From Chryseobacterium gleum (GTDB lineage: Bacteria > Bacteroidota > Bacteroidia > Flavobacteriales_C > GCA-002722245): a stretch of 64,000 nucleotides of DNA. The position numbers were made by a program, and so were the translations under genes. Below are positions 1-10,517 of the stretch, piece by piece (the first letter of the stretch is position 1; every line of letters starts with the position of its first letter). The stretch spans positions 1,160 to 65,159 of the forward strand of contig CAMBXP010000003.1 of assembly GCA_945871895.1 (NCBI GenBank). Direction: 5' to 3'. A model generated the notes under the pieces. The model searched no databases. It was not told the origin of the DNA and worked only from the letters and a program-made list of their open reading frames with translations.

Positions 1-920
1 TAGATCAAAAATCTAAACGTATGGCGCAAGAAGAGAAGAGTGAAAGCAAGCGCAAGAAAGTGTTAGAGCGCGAGTTGGAATGGGTGCGTATGGGTGTGAA
101 AGGAAGAGGAACAAAATCGAAAGCGCGTTTGGCGAACTACGATAAAATGTTGGCTGACGAAGGAAAAGAGAAAATGGAAAACTTGGAGATTTACATTCCC
201 AATGGTCCGCGTTTAGGTAACGATGTAATTGAAGCTGCTGGTGTTTCTAAGGCCTATGGCGACAGATTATTATACGAAGGTTTAAATTTCAAATTGCCTC
301 CTGCAGGTATTGTTGGTATTATCGGTCCGAATGGAGCTGGTAAAACAACTTTATTCCGTATGATTTTAGGAATGGAACAACCAACTGGTGGAGAGTTTAA
401 AGTGGGACCAACAGTTAAAATCTCTTATGTGGATCAAACCCACAAAGACATTGATCCTGAAAAAACTATTTATGATGTGCTATCGGCTGGCGCCGACAAT
501 ATCAACTTGGGTGGTAAAATGATGAATTCACGCGCTTACTGCTCACGTTTCAACTTTGGTGGAACAGATCAAAGCAAGAAGTGCGGAGTGTTATCGGGTG
601 GAGAAAGAAATCGTTTGCACTTAGCTATGGCCTTGAAAGAAGGTGGTAACGTACTGTTGTTAGATGAGCCAACGAATGATATCGACGTAAATACTTTGCG
701 TGCTTTAGAAGAAGCATTAGAAAACTTCGCAGGTTGTGCGGTAATTATTTCCCACGACCGTTGGTTCTTAGACCGTGTTTGCACGCATATCTTAGCATTC
801 GAAGGTGATTCAACTATCTATCCATTTGAAGGTTCTTTCTCTGAATACGAAGAGAACAAGAAAAAACGTTTGGGTAATGTTGAGCCGAAAAGAATGAGAT
901 TTAAGAAGTTGATGAAGTAG
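1..920 (+). CDS. ABC-F family ATPase (EttA-like), C-terminal part; the 5' end lies upstream of the window
   Basis: Second ABC domain with Walker A (GPNGAGKTT), ABC signature (LSGGERNRL) and Walker B (LLLDEP). The frame is open to the window edge. Confidence 0.8.
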   Translation, partial: DQKSKRMAQEEKSESKRKKVLERELEWVRMGVKGRGTKSKARLANYDKMLADEGKEKMENLEIYIPNGPRLGNDVIEAAGVSKAYGDRLLYEGLNFKLPPAGIVGIIGPNGAGKTTLFRMILGMEQPTGGEFKVGPTVKISYVDQTHKDIDPEKTIYDVLSAGADNINLGGKMMNSRAYCSRFNFGGTDQSKKCGVLSGGERNRLHLAMALKEGGNVLLLDEPTNDIDVNTLRALEEALENFAGCAVIISHDRWFLDRVCTHILAFEGDSTIYPFEGSFSEYEENKKKRLGNVEPKRMRFKKLMK

Positions 921-1000
921 GAGAAAAGTCAAAAGTTATAAGTGAAAAGCCAAAAAGATGGAAACATCGATTTGGCTTTTTATATTTATACCTTCCATCG

Positions 1001-1215
1001 CCTCGCTTAGGCTTCTTTTGCCTAAGCGATTTTACCACTCTCAAAGCCCCCTCTCTGCTAAGTTTAGCGCAGCGAACTTTGCTGAATCTTTTCCCGAAGC
1101 TTTCAGCTTCAATACACTCGTGATTTCAGATTTTGCGCAGCGAATCTGAAATCTTCATTTTTAGGAATTTTCAATTCCGATAATCGTGCAGAGGCGATTT
1201 CAAATCGCTACAAAA
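1001..1215. repeat. Composite palindromic intergenic repeat (family B, copy 1)
   Basis: The ~59-bp core at 1053-1111 is near-identical to the reverse complement of 62720-62778. Internal hairpins: cgcttagg/cctaagcg, gaagct-ttc-agcttc, gatttcagatt/aatctgaaatc (1122-1153) and gcgatttcaaatcgc (1194-1208). Confidence 0.7.
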
Positions 1216-1232
1216 AATACTTTCAAAGACCT

Positions 1233-1754
1233 TTATTCATTATTCCTTTTATAACCAATTCTTTTTCGCTCTTTCTGAGTAATTTCCTGTTTGTCTTTTT
1301 GCAGTAAATAGTTAATGGCTTCGTACACGTCTTTAAACTGCTTGTTGTAAAGATTTTCTAATTCTTTAATTTTTATAGTAAGTTCTTTGTGATTTAAAGC
1401 AAACTCTTTGAGAGAAATGAACGCTTCAATAATTGCAATATTCATTTTAATAGCCTTTTTACTTTTTAAAACACTGGCCAACATTGTTACTCCGTGCTCT
1501 GTAAAAGCAAATGGAGTTGTGTTAATATTTCTTTTCTTTTGAATTGATGCAGTCACAATTTGTGACCGCATCTTATTCCATTCTTTTGTTGTTAGTCTGA
1601 ACATGAATTTTTCGGGAAAGCGCTCTTCGTTGCGTTTAACTGCTTGATTTAGCACTTTTGTTTCTACTTCATACAATTCCGCCAAATCAAAATCAAGCAT
1701 GATTTTAAGTCCGCGTACTTCATAAATTTTGTGTTGAATTACTTGTAGTTCCAT
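1233..1754 (-). CDS. ORF6N (KilA-N-like, antirepressor-type) domain protein
   Basis: 173 aa. N-terminal ORF6N-like DNA-binding region (YEVRGLKIMLDFDLAELYEVETKVLNQAVKRNEERFPEKFMFRLT) and a charged, coiled-coil-like C-terminus. This family is common on Bacteroidota mobile DNA. Confidence 0.65.
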   Translation of the reverse strand: MELQVIQHKIYEVRGLKIMLDFDLAELYEVETKVLNQAVKRNEERFPEKFMFRLTTKEWNKMRSQIVTASIQKKRNINTTPFAFTEHGVTMLASVLKSKKAIKMNIAIIEAFISLKEFALNHKELTIKIKELENLYNKQFKDVYEAINYLLQKDKQEITQKERKRIGYKRNNE

Positions 1755-1991
1755 CGCAGTTAGGTTTAATAAAAAAATACTGAGGAAGCCCTCTTTTGTT
1801 TAGTGGTGCTAAAATAAAATGAGCTGATGAATTAGAAATAATACGTTTTCATTTCTTTTGAATAAGGATGAGAAGATTTACAGTTTTTAGGAAGCAAATG
1901 CTTGTTTGTTGGCTACCAGAAGGAATTTGGTGCAAGTTAAGAACGGCACTACAACAAAAAACCGTATTTTTGCCCCATTCAAGAATATAAT

Positions 1992-3344
1992 ATGAGCAAA
2001 CCATCTATTCCCAAAGGAACCCGCGATTTTTTACCAGCGCAAATGGTAAAAAGAAATTACTTGTTTGATACACTTAGAAGCATTTTTAAGAAATATGGTT
2101 ATTTGCCTATTGAGACGCCCGCAGTGGAGAATTTATCTACTTTGATGGGGAAATATGGGGAAGAAGGAGATAGATTGATTTTTAAAATTTTGAATTCGGG
2201 TGATTATTTAGGTGGAGTAGAAAACATCACACAACACACTTCAGGTTCTTTAACCAAACATATTTCAGAGAAAGCTTTACGCTACGATTTAACCGTTCCC
2301 TTCGCACGTTTCGTAGTGCAAAATCAAAACGAATTGTCTTTTCCATTTAAGCGATTTCAAATACAACCAGTATGGCGTGCCGATCGTCCGCAAAAAGGTA
2401 GATACCGCGAATTTTTTCAATGCGATGTTGATGTTGTAGGAAGTGATTCGTTAGTGTATGAAATTGAATTCATTCAAATATTTTCTGAGGCATTAACTGC
2501 TTTAAAAGTACCCGGATTCCAAATCAAAATCAACAACAGAAAAATCTTGTCGGGAATTGCCGAAGTAGTTGGTGCTGCCGATAAAATAGTTGATATTACT
2601 GTGGCTATCGATAAGTTAGATAAAATTGGTTTAGAGAAAGTAAACGAAGAAATGCTAGAGAAAGGAGTGAGCAAAGAGGCGGTTGAAAAATTACAACCTA
2701 TCATTCAAATGAGTGGAAGTGCTGCAGAGAAATTTGTTACACTACGATCTGTTCTTTCTTCTTCTGAAATTGGTTTAAAAGGTATTGAAGAATTGGAGTT
2801 TATTTTCAAAAACAGTGAACTATTATCTGTACACTCTAATCTCTATTTAGATATTACTCTAGCTCGCGGATTAAACTATTACACCGGAGCGATTTTCGAA
2901 GTGAGTGCCCAAAACTTTAAAGGCAGTATTTGTGGTGGCGGAAGATACGACGATTTAACAGGAATTTTCGGCTTGAAAGGAATGAGTGGTGTTGGAATTT
3001 CTTTTGGTGCCGACCGTATTTTTGATGTGTTGGAAGAGAACAATTTATTTCCCGAAAACTTAGCACAAACTACCGATGTGTTGTTTGTGAATTTTGGCGA
3101 CGACGAAGCAATGTATTCTATGAAAGTAATGCAGCAATTGCGAGCCTCAGGAGTTAGTTGCGAGTTGTACCCATCGAACGCAAAGATGGGCAAACAAATG
3201 ACCTACGCTGATAACAAAGCTGTTCGTTTTGTGGCCATGATTGGTACCAATGAAATGAATGAAAATAAAGTGTCGTTGAAAAACATGACTACTGGAGAGC
3301 AGTCAATGCTAGCCATTGAAAACTTAATTTCCGTTCTCAAATAA
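1992..3344 (+). CDS. hisS: histidine--tRNA ligase
   Basis: Class II aaRS motif 2 ([32 protein letters not shown]), HisA-type motifs, and a C-terminal anticodon-binding domain. Confidence 0.95.
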   Translation: MSKPSIPKGTRDFLPAQMVKRNYLFDTLRSIFKKYGYLPIETPAVENLSTLMGKYGEEGDRLIFKILNSGDYLGGVENITQHTSGSLTKHISEKALRYDLTVPFARFVVQNQNELSFPFKRFQIQPVWRADRPQKGRYREFFQCDVDVVGSDSLVYEIEFIQIFSEALTALKVPGFQIKINNRKILSGIAEVVGAADKIVDITVAIDKLDKIGLEKVNEEMLEKGVSKEAVEKLQPIIQMSGSAAEKFVTLRSVLSSSEIGLKGIEELEFIFKNSELLSVHSNLYLDITLARGLNYYTGAIFEVSAQNFKGSICGGGRYDDLTGIFGLKGMSGVGISFGADRIFDVLEENNLFPENLAQTTDVLFVNFGDDEAMYSMKVMQQLRASGVSCELYPSNAKMGKQMTYADNKAVRFVAMIGTNEMNENKVSLKNMTTGEQSMLAIENLISVLK

Positions 3345-3391
3345 TCAAGGTCCTAAATGTCATCACCGTCCCCAACGTCCTCTCAATAACT

Positions 3392-4255
3392 ATGAAAGTC
3401 TCAGGTTTCACAATAATTCGCAACGCCATCAAATACGACTTCCCAGCAGTGGAAGCCATCTCATCGGCTTTGCCCTTGTGTGATGAATTTGTAGTAGCTG
3501 TGGGCGATTGTAACGATGGAACTTTAGAGTTAATTCAATCCATAAATTCTCCCAAAATTAAGATTGTACGCACTGTTTGGGAAGAAGAGAAATACCGTTC
3601 AAAAAATTTAGAAATTTTAGCAGTAGAAACCAACAAAGCTTTCAAAGAGATTTCAAAAGATAGCGATTGGGCTTTTTATATTCAAAGCGATGAGGCCTTG
3701 CACGAACAGTATTTGGATAATACTTACAAAGCCATGCAACAGTGGAAAGACAACGAGAGGGTGGAAGGCTTGCTTTTCAACTACAAACATTTTTACGGAA
3801 GCTACGATTACGTTGGTGCTTCACCCCGTTGGTACCGCAAAGAAATTCGCATCATTCGCAATCGAGCCGATATTTTTTCTTACAAAGACGCACAGGGGTT
3901 TCGCAAGCTGCCCAACGATAAGTTGAGCGTTAAACAAATTGACGCTACAATGTATCATTATGGTTATGTGCGCGACCCAAAGAAGTTGGCAGAGAAGATG
4001 AATTTCAATCAGGCGATGCACAGCGACGACCCAAACAAGATGATGCCTTTTTTCAATTATGACGAAGTAGATGCGCTATTTAAATTCGATGGAACACATC
4101 CTAAAGTGATGCAAGAACGCATTGATAAAATGGGGTGGAAATTCGATTTCGATCCTTCTTTTAATAAACTTCGATTGAAAGATAAATTCAAATTGTTTAC
4201 CGAGAAGCTTACAGGGAAAAGATTTGGGGAATACAAAAACTACAAGGAGATCTAG
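3392..4255 (+). CDS. glycosyltransferase family 2-like protein
   Basis: N-terminal GT-A fold signature (FTIIRN...VVAVGDCNDGTLELI, DxD-like) and a DEA motif (IQSDEAL). Confidence 0.5.
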   Translation: MKVSGFTIIRNAIKYDFPAVEAISSALPLCDEFVVAVGDCNDGTLELIQSINSPKIKIVRTVWEEEKYRSKNLEILAVETNKAFKEISKDSDWAFYIQSDEALHEQYLDNTYKAMQQWKDNERVEGLLFNYKHFYGSYDYVGASPRWYRKEIRIIRNRADIFSYKDAQGFRKLPNDKLSVKQIDATMYHYGYVRDPKKLAEKMNFNQAMHSDDPNKMMPFFNYDEVDALFKFDGTHPKVMQERIDKMGWKFDFDPSFNKLRLKDKFKLFTEKLTGKRFGEYKNYKEI

Positions 4256-4258
4256 TTT

Positions 4259-6745
4259 CTAAAGTTGATTCTCCCACTTGTTTTCACGTTGTAATTTCAT
4301 TTCTTTCAGTAAATTGGCTTTAGGTTGAAGCAGGAAGGTCCAGCTTTTGCGTTCGCCAAAAGGAACCCAGTTAAAAGATAAATTCCAGCAATGTAAATCG
4401 CGGTTGATGGCGAAGCTCGTAATGCTTAATTCCTTACTCTGAATATCATAACCAGTTGTGTATGTGAAACTCCATTTTGGCGTAAGGGTAATCGATCCGC
4501 TAATATCTACAGTTTGTGTTATGGTGCTGGTGAGTCCGGGTTTGTTATAAGTGAGGATATAATTAAGGTTGATGTTTGTGGGGATTTTAATAAACACTGC
4601 TTTTGTTTTTGCTTTGCTTGATGCCAACCTCAGAGTAGCAGAAGTATACGCATAGGTTAAGCGTCCCCAATCACCACCACCATTATGGTTCCAAGTATTT
4701 TGCAATATTCCTTTGTTATCAATAGCATAAGGAGAAACTGTTGCGCGGCAATTTATATTAAGTAAATTACTAAACATATCTGTAGTAGCTTGTGTCGAAA
4801 AATCACTCCAGTTAAATTTCGGAGCGGCCATATTGTATCCACTGCTAATGTTGAAAGATTTAATCAATCGAATTTTCTCGGTGGTGTCTTTACCATTTAC
4901 TTTTCTTTTGATTTTCATGTCCACAGAGTTGTCGATGCTAAAACTCAGCTGAGAAACATTGGTAGAACTTGGTCCGCTATATAAATTTCGTTCAAATGCA
5001 TTGTATGCAATTCTGTTGTTGTTGGCATCGGTGTAGTATTTGGTTACTCTATCGGCATTGATAATGTCTTCTACCACTTTTAAGTTTTGTGTTAAGTTGA
5101 TTCCCGATTTAATGGTGTGTTTGATGTATTTAATACGCGTTTTATTTTTGAGTGCACTAATCGGTCGGTAGGTTAAAAACAATTGGTTGTTGAAGCCAAA
5201 TCCTCCAATTTGTAAACTAGTAGCATTGGTCATTTGATTTACCTTGCTTACCTCAAGCTTTCCGTTTTCGTAATTTTTCACAATGTAATCTAGGTAAGTA
5301 TAGTTGGTAGCTGATAGGGAAGGCAAAGAAATATTTAAGAATTTAAATGGTTTAATACTTCCCGAGTAAGAAATAGAACCAGTGTTTTTCAATCCGTTTT
5401 TCATGGTGATTGAATCTAAGCTTTCAAAAAGATTGGTGTCTTTAGCTGCAATGGTGTTGGCTAAATCGGCTCCCCATTGTAAATTGATGTTTTTAAATAT
5501 TCCTTTTTTTACGGTATAAGGCGACATTCTTAGGGTGAAGGTAGGTGCCGAAATATTGACATCGCGACTAATCATATTTTGTGAATGAGATGCTGTGGTA
5601 TTTAAAGTTAATCGCTTACTTAATTTTTGAGAATAGTTGATAGATGAGGTGTAGGTGTTGTTGGTAATGCTATTAATGTCGTTGTTGGCTACCAGCGAGT
5701 TTTGAAAGGCGCTACTTGTACCAAAGTTAACATTGGCACTAAAAGATGAACCCGGTCTTGCCGATGCATCTTGCTGATGAGTCCATGAAAACCTAAAATC
5801 TTTGGTTTTTCTAAAGTTGTACAAATCACGATCGCCACTAACGGTGTTGGTATAATTGAAATTTAGTGAACCTGAATATTTGTAGCGTCTTTTATAGTTA
5901 ATATTGTTTTTGATGGCCCAGCTTCCTTGTGTGAATATATCTGAGTAGATGGTGTAATTGATGTTGTCGCTCATGGCCCAGTGAAATCCTAAACCAGTTA
6001 AATACAAGCCTTGCGATTTGTTTTCGCCGTAAGCGGGAATAATAATACCGCTGGCTCTTTTGGGGTTGTTAGGGAAAATTCCAAAAGGCAGAATCAGTGG
6101 AGTAGGCACATCATTTACAACAAGATTTACAGCGCCAGTTACAATCTTATCATTTTGAATCATTTTGATTTTTCGTGTGCTGAAGTGGAAGTGTGGATGC
6201 TCGGCATTGCAAGTAGTATATTTTGCACCCCCAACGTAAATGACATTGTTTGGCAATCGTTTAATGGTTTCGCCATGTATGTAGCTTTCTCCTTCTTGGG
6301 TTATTACTTCAACCACTCTTCCTTTTTGTGTTTTAAAATTGTAGCTTATTTCGCTTGAATTGAATTTTTGGTCTTTGTCGGTAAACGTTGCTTTATCATA
6401 GCAATAACCGTTCGTGTCTTTTCTTCCAAAGGCATGAAGTTCATTTTTCTCCATGTCAATCCATATGTAATCGGCCTGAAGTTTTATGGTGCCATATTCC
6501 ACTTCTGCTTTTCCATAGAGGTGAACGATTTTAGTTTCATTATCTACATCTAGCGAGTCTTCGGCAGAATATTTGATTTCTTGGTTGAGTCCCGACTTTG
6601 ATTTTTTCAAATCATCATTGTTAATAGCGAGGGTGTCGCCATTGATTGAATCCTTTGCTGTGATTGGTGTTGTAGCGCTTAAATCATTGTTAGTGACAGT
6701 GCATAGGGCCAAAGTAATTAATATGTATAAAAGAGTGTTTCGCAA
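4259..6745 (-). CDS. lptD: LptD-like outer-membrane LPS-assembly protein (OstA N-terminal domain plus large beta-barrel region)
   Basis: Signal peptide. OstA-like N-domain (YGKAEVEYGTIKLQADYIWIDMEKNELHAFG), then an ~650-aa beta-rich region with alternating aromatic residues. Confidence 0.6.
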   Translation of the reverse strand: MRNTLLYILITLALCTVTNNDLSATTPITAKDSINGDTLAINNDDLKKSKSGLNQEIKYSAEDSLDVDNETKIVHLYGKAEVEYGTIKLQADYIWIDMEKNELHAFGRKDTNGYCYDKATFTDKDQKFNSSEISYNFKTQKGRVVEVITQEGESYIHGETIKRLPNNVIYVGGAKYTTCNAEHPHFHFSTRKIKMIQNDKIVTGAVNLVVNDVPTPLILPFGIFPNNPKRASGIIIPAYGENKSQGLYLTGLGFHWAMSDNINYTIYSDIFTQGSWAIKNNINYKRRYKYSGSLNFNYTNTVSGDRDLYNFRKTKDFRFSWTHQQDASARPGSSFSANVNFGTSSAFQNSLVANNDINSITNNTYTSSINYSQKLSKRLTLNTTASHSQNMISRDVNISAPTFTLRMSPYTVKKGIFKNINLQWGADLANTIAAKDTNLFESLDSITMKNGLKNTGSISYSGSIKPFKFLNISLPSLSATNYTYLDYIVKNYENGKLEVSKVNQMTNATSLQIGGFGFNNQLFLTYRPISALKNKTRIKYIKHTIKSGINLTQNLKVVEDIINADRVTKYYTDANNNRIAYNAFERNLYSGPSSTNVSQLSFSIDNSVDMKIKRKVNGKDTTEKIRLIKSFNISSGYNMAAPKFNWSDFSTQATTDMFSNLLNINCRATVSPYAIDNKGILQNTWNHNGGGDWGRLTYAYTSATLRLASSKAKTKAVFIKIPTNINLNYILTYNKPGLTSTITQTVDISGSITLTPKWSFTYTTGYDIQSKELSITSFAINRDLHCWNLSFNWVPFGERKSWTFLLQPKANLLKEMKLQRENKWENQL

Positions 6746-6806
6746 GCTTACAATACTATTTTTGCTCCAAACGTTAAATTATTAAAGCGCTCAAAGCTAA
6801 GGAAAA

Positions 6807-8081
6807 ATGAAGTTTTTACGGAAATATAGACGGTCTATTTTCCTTGGGTGGCTTTCACTCATTGTCGTTTTTGTTTTTTTAACAAGCGGTAAAAAAACGC
6901 ATTTGCGCCAAGGCACTGGTTATAAGCTTAAAGTTGTGGTGATTGATGCTGGGCATGGCGGTACTGACCCAGGTTGTTTGGGGGAAGTGATTAATGAGAA
7001 AGCAGTTGCCTTGGGTATCGCCATGAAGTTGGGTAAATACATCAATGAGAATTTTCCAGATGTAAAAGTGGTGTACACGAGAAATACCGACGTTTTTATT
7101 CCTTTAACCGATAGAGCGCGAATTGCCAACGAGGCCAAAGCCGATTTGTTTATCAGTGTGCACGCCAATGCCAATCCGAAACGCGAACCTTACGGTACCG
7201 AGACCTATGTAATGGGGGTTGGCACCGATATGGATAGAAATACAGATATCGTTAAGACCCGAGAGAATTCGGTAATTTTCTTAGAGAAAGATTACAAAAA
7301 GAATTACGATGGTATGGATCCCAACGACCCGGCATCGGAAATTATAGCCAACATGATTCAAAAGGAAAAACTCGACCAAAGTTTGTATTTGGCGAGTCGC
7401 GTTCAAACACAATTTGAAACCAGAATGAAGTTGTTAAACAGAGGAGTTAAACAGCGAGTGCTTTATGTGATGTACCGCACGGTGATGCCGTCTATTTTGG
7501 TGGAAACCGGATTTTTAACCAACAAAGAAGATGAGAAATATTTGTCTTCCGAAAAGGGACAAGCCTATGTTGCGTCATGTATTTTCAGGGCATTTAGAAT
7601 GTACAAAATGCAAGCAGAAGGAAGAACATCGGCCGAAATTAAGGCAGCTGAAGAAGCCGATTTCGCTAAGCAAAGTGCCGAGATTGGTAAAATGCCAGAG
7701 ACCTTAAGTGTTTTAATTGGAAAGAAAACAAGCGAAAAAGATAGTGCCAAAACTCCAGTAGATGTTGTTGAAACGCTAAAAGAAGTGAAGAAAATTCCCG
7801 AAGACACTTCCGATTTGATTTTTAAGGTACAACTCACTTCCTCAAGTAAGAAAATTGAATTAACTTCACCCAAGTTTAAAGGCCTAGATAATGTGCAGGT
7901 GTATGAGGGCGACGGCAGCTTTAAATATACTGCTGGAAAATGTAAATCGATGGCAGAGGCTATTAAATTGCAGAAAAAGGCTATGGAGATAGGGTTTAAA
8001 GATGCGTTTGTTGTAGCGTTTTATCGCGGACAACGCGTATCGATGAAGAGGGTGAATGAGATAATGGCCGAGAAAAAATAG
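6807..8081 (+). CDS. N-acetylmuramoyl-L-alanine amidase (AmiC family) with a C-terminal SPOR-like domain
   Basis: Amidase_3 motifs (VVIDAGHGGTDPG, SVHANA, ETGFLTN) and a C-terminal repeat region typical of septal-binding SPOR domains. Confidence 0.85.
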   Translation: MKFLRKYRRSIFLGWLSLIVVFVFLTSGKKTHLRQGTGYKLKVVVIDAGHGGTDPGCLGEVINEKAVALGIAMKLGKYINENFPDVKVVYTRNTDVFIPLTDRARIANEAKADLFISVHANANPKREPYGTETYVMGVGTDMDRNTDIVKTRENSVIFLEKDYKKNYDGMDPNDPASEIIANMIQKEKLDQSLYLASRVQTQFETRMKLLNRGVKQRVLYVMYRTVMPSILVETGFLTNKEDEKYLSSEKGQAYVASCIFRAFRMYKMQAEGRTSAEIKAAEEADFAKQSAEIGKMPETLSVLIGKKTSEKDSAKTPVDVVETLKEVKKIPEDTSDLIFKVQLTSSSKKIELTSPKFKGLDNVQVYEGDGSFKYTAGKCKSMAEAIKLQKKAMEIGFKDAFVVAFYRGQRVSMKRVNEIMAEKK

Positions 8082-8108
8082 TATATTGTTGATGTAAAAA
8101 AATAAGAA

Positions 8109-9158
8109 GTGGGTAAACAATTAAAAATTTGGACTTTAGTAATTCTTGCGGTGGGCTTAGCTCTTTGGGGTGCAAGATTTCTAAAAGGTTATAATTTCTT
8201 TGCCGATGAGGTGGTGTATCATGCACGATATGATAATGTGCAAGGTTTAACCGAGTCGAATCCAATTTATTTTCAAGGTTTGAAAGTGGGACAAGTTAGC
8301 GAGGTGGTAATAGTGTTCGATAGTTTGTTGCAAAGAAATGTTATTGATGTGTCATTGTTGGTTACCAATAAGTCGGTTTCTATGAGCGACAGCACCATTG
8401 CGCGAATTGGTGGCGATGGTTTGTTGGGGTCTAGATGTATTAGATTGGAGAAAGTAGGTAAGGGTAAGTTGCTTCCTGCAGGAGGATTCTTGATGTCGGA
8501 AATTGAAAAAGACCTTCAAGCGCAAATCAATGAGACCTTACTTCCTTTGAAAAAAAGTACCGAAAAATTAATTGAAAGTGCCGAGCAACTCATTACTTCC
8601 TTTAAAGTGGTGATGAACGATGAAACCAAAGAGAATTTGATGGAGGCTTTTAGAACTATTCCTCAAACGATTAAAAATTTAGAACACGCTACCTTTACCA
8701 TAGATACTACTGTTCAAGTGTCTGGAGAAAAAATGAAAGCCATCTTTGCACACGTGGAATCTATTACCAAAAACCTACAGCAAAACAATGGTAAAATTAC
8801 TTCTATCATGAGTAATTTAGATGAAATTACAGATTCATTGGCCAAATCGAATTTTCAAGAAACCATTTTAACGGTAACCAGCACTCTAAAAAAGACAGAT
8901 ACTATTTTGGGTAAAATCAATAGAGGTGAAGGTACCATGGGCCAATTGATCAATAATGATAGATTGTACAACGAGCTTACTTTGGCTTCGGTACGTTTAA
9001 ATATGTTGATTAACGACTTGCAAGAAAATCCACAAAAATACATTAACTTATCTTTGGTGGATTTTAGAGGTCACCATAAACAGGCTGAAAATGATAGCGT
9101 TTTTGTGATTGAGCAAATGAGAAGAGATTCGGTTATCATTAAAAAGTACGGTAAATAA
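8109..9158 (+). CDS. mlaD: MlaD/MCE-family protein
   Basis: GTG start. N-terminal transmembrane helix, MCE domain (YHARYDNVQGLTESNPIYFQGLKVGQV) and a coiled-coil C-terminus. Confidence 0.7.
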   Translation: MGKQLKIWTLVILAVGLALWGARFLKGYNFFADEVVYHARYDNVQGLTESNPIYFQGLKVGQVSEVVIVFDSLLQRNVIDVSLLVTNKSVSMSDSTIARIGGDGLLGSRCIRLEKVGKGKLLPAGGFLMSEIEKDLQAQINETLLPLKKSTEKLIESAEQLITSFKVVMNDETKENLMEAFRTIPQTIKNLEHATFTIDTTVQVSGEKMKAIFAHVESITKNLQQNNGKITSIMSNLDEITDSLAKSNFQETILTVTSTLKKTDTILGKINRGEGTMGQLINNDRLYNELTLASVRLNMLINDLQENPQKYINLSLVDFRGHHKQAENDSVFVIEQMRRDSVIIKKYGK

Positions 9159-9182
9159 TTGTCTCACTAAAACAATTAAAGC

Positions 9183-10514
9183 ATGCAATATATTCCAAAC
9201 ATTGTATTCGCATTATTACTCATAGTTACTTCGCTTTTCTTCGCAAAACAAGTAGGTAAAATCAGAAGAAATATTTTGTTGGGGCGCGAAGAAGATAGAA
9301 GCGATAATTCTGCTCTGCGCTGGAAAACAATGTTTTTGGTGGCTATTGGCCAATCGAAAATGATGGCTAATCCTCTCGTTTCTTTTTTGCATATTTTGGT
9401 TTATGTTGGTTTCATTATCATCAACATTGAAGTGATTGAAATCGTTGTTGATGGGTTGTTTGGCACGCATCGCTTTCTGTCTTTTATGGGGGCTTTCTAC
9501 GATTTCTTAATAGGTTCTTTTGAGTACTTGGCTTTAGGAGTTATTGCTGCATGTGTTGTGTTTTTAGTGCGCAGAAATGTACTCAAAGTGAAACGTTTTT
9601 GGAGCAAAGAAATGACTTCTTGGCCGCGCAGCGATGCCAATATTATATTAATTGCCGAGATATTATTGATGAGTGCTTTCTTGATTATGAATGCTAGCGA
9701 TAGCATTTTACAAGATATGAAGTATGAGCATTTTGATACGAAATTGGGTTCGTTTCCTATATCCTCACTGTTAACTCCTTTACTTGATGGATTTACGCCA
9801 AAAGCTTTGTTTATGATTGAACGTTTTTGCTGGTGGTTTCACATCACTGGTATTTTCGCTTTCATATGCTATTTGCCACTTTCTAAACATTTTCACATCA
9901 TCTTGGCTTTTCCAAATGTGTACTATTCTAATCTTAAACCAAAGGGACAATTCACCAATATTACAGAGGTTACCAATGAGGTTCGTTTAATGATGGATCC
10001 ATCGGCTACTCCTCCCCCCCCGTCAGCTGACGGGCCTAAAACTTTTGGCGCAAAAGACATTCATGATTTAAGTTGGAAGAGCATTATGGATGGTTACACC
10101 TGCACCGAATGCGGAAGATGTTCTACTGCTTGTCCGGCCAACCAAACAGGTAAACTGCTTTCTCCTCGCAAAATCATGATGGATGTTCGCGACAGAGCAG
10201 AGGAGGTGGGAAAAAATATTGATGCCAAAGGTGCCGATTTTAACGATGGCAAATCATTGGTTTACGATTATGTTACGCCAGAAGAATTGTGGGCTTGTAC
10301 CTCTTGTAATGCTTGTACAGAGGCTTGTCCGGTGAACAACGATCCACTTGCAGTAATTATGGAGTTGCGTAGGTTCTTAGTGATGGAGAAATCAGAAGCG
10401 CCACAGGAGTTGAACAACGTGTTTACCAACATAGAGAACAATGGAGCTCCATGGCAATTCGCTATGGCCGATAGAATGAAATGGGCAGCAGAAACAGATA
10501 CTAGAAACGTTTAG
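9183..10514 (+). CDS. membrane-anchored (Fe-S)-binding oxidoreductase subunit (heme-b-like transmembrane domain plus 2x[4Fe-4S] ferredoxin)
   Basis: About 6 transmembrane helices with conserved His (FHITGIFAFICYLPLSKHFHII) and two CxxCxxCxxxCP motifs (CTECGRCSTACP, CTSCNACTEACP). It resembles the N-terminal half of HdrD/GlcF/DsrK fused to a DsrM/HdrE-like anchor. Confidence 0.7.
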   Translation: MQYIPNIVFALLLIVTSLFFAKQVGKIRRNILLGREEDRSDNSALRWKTMFLVAIGQSKMMANPLVSFLHILVYVGFIIINIEVIEIVVDGLFGTHRFLSFMGAFYDFLIGSFEYLALGVIAACVVFLVRRNVLKVKRFWSKEMTSWPRSDANIILIAEILLMSAFLIMNASDSILQDMKYEHFDTKLGSFPISSLLTPLLDGFTPKALFMIERFCWWFHITGIFAFICYLPLSKHFHIILAFPNVYYSNLKPKGQFTNITEVTNEVRLMMDPSATPPPPSADGPKTFGAKDIHDLSWKSIMDGYTCTECGRCSTACPANQTGKLLSPRKIMMDVRDRAEEVGKNIDAKGADFNDGKSLVYDYVTPEELWACTSCNACTEACPVNNDPLAVIMELRRFLVMEKSEAPQELNNVFTNIENNGAPWQFAMADRMKWAAETDTRNV

Positions 10515-10517
10515 ATT

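Noticed and set aside
958-1149. 63-aa ORF in the ettA-ORF6N intergenic region
   Set aside because: It lies wholly within the palindromic repeat block (family B). It is low-complexity and has no RBS or promoter context, so it is most likely a spurious ORF created by the repeat.
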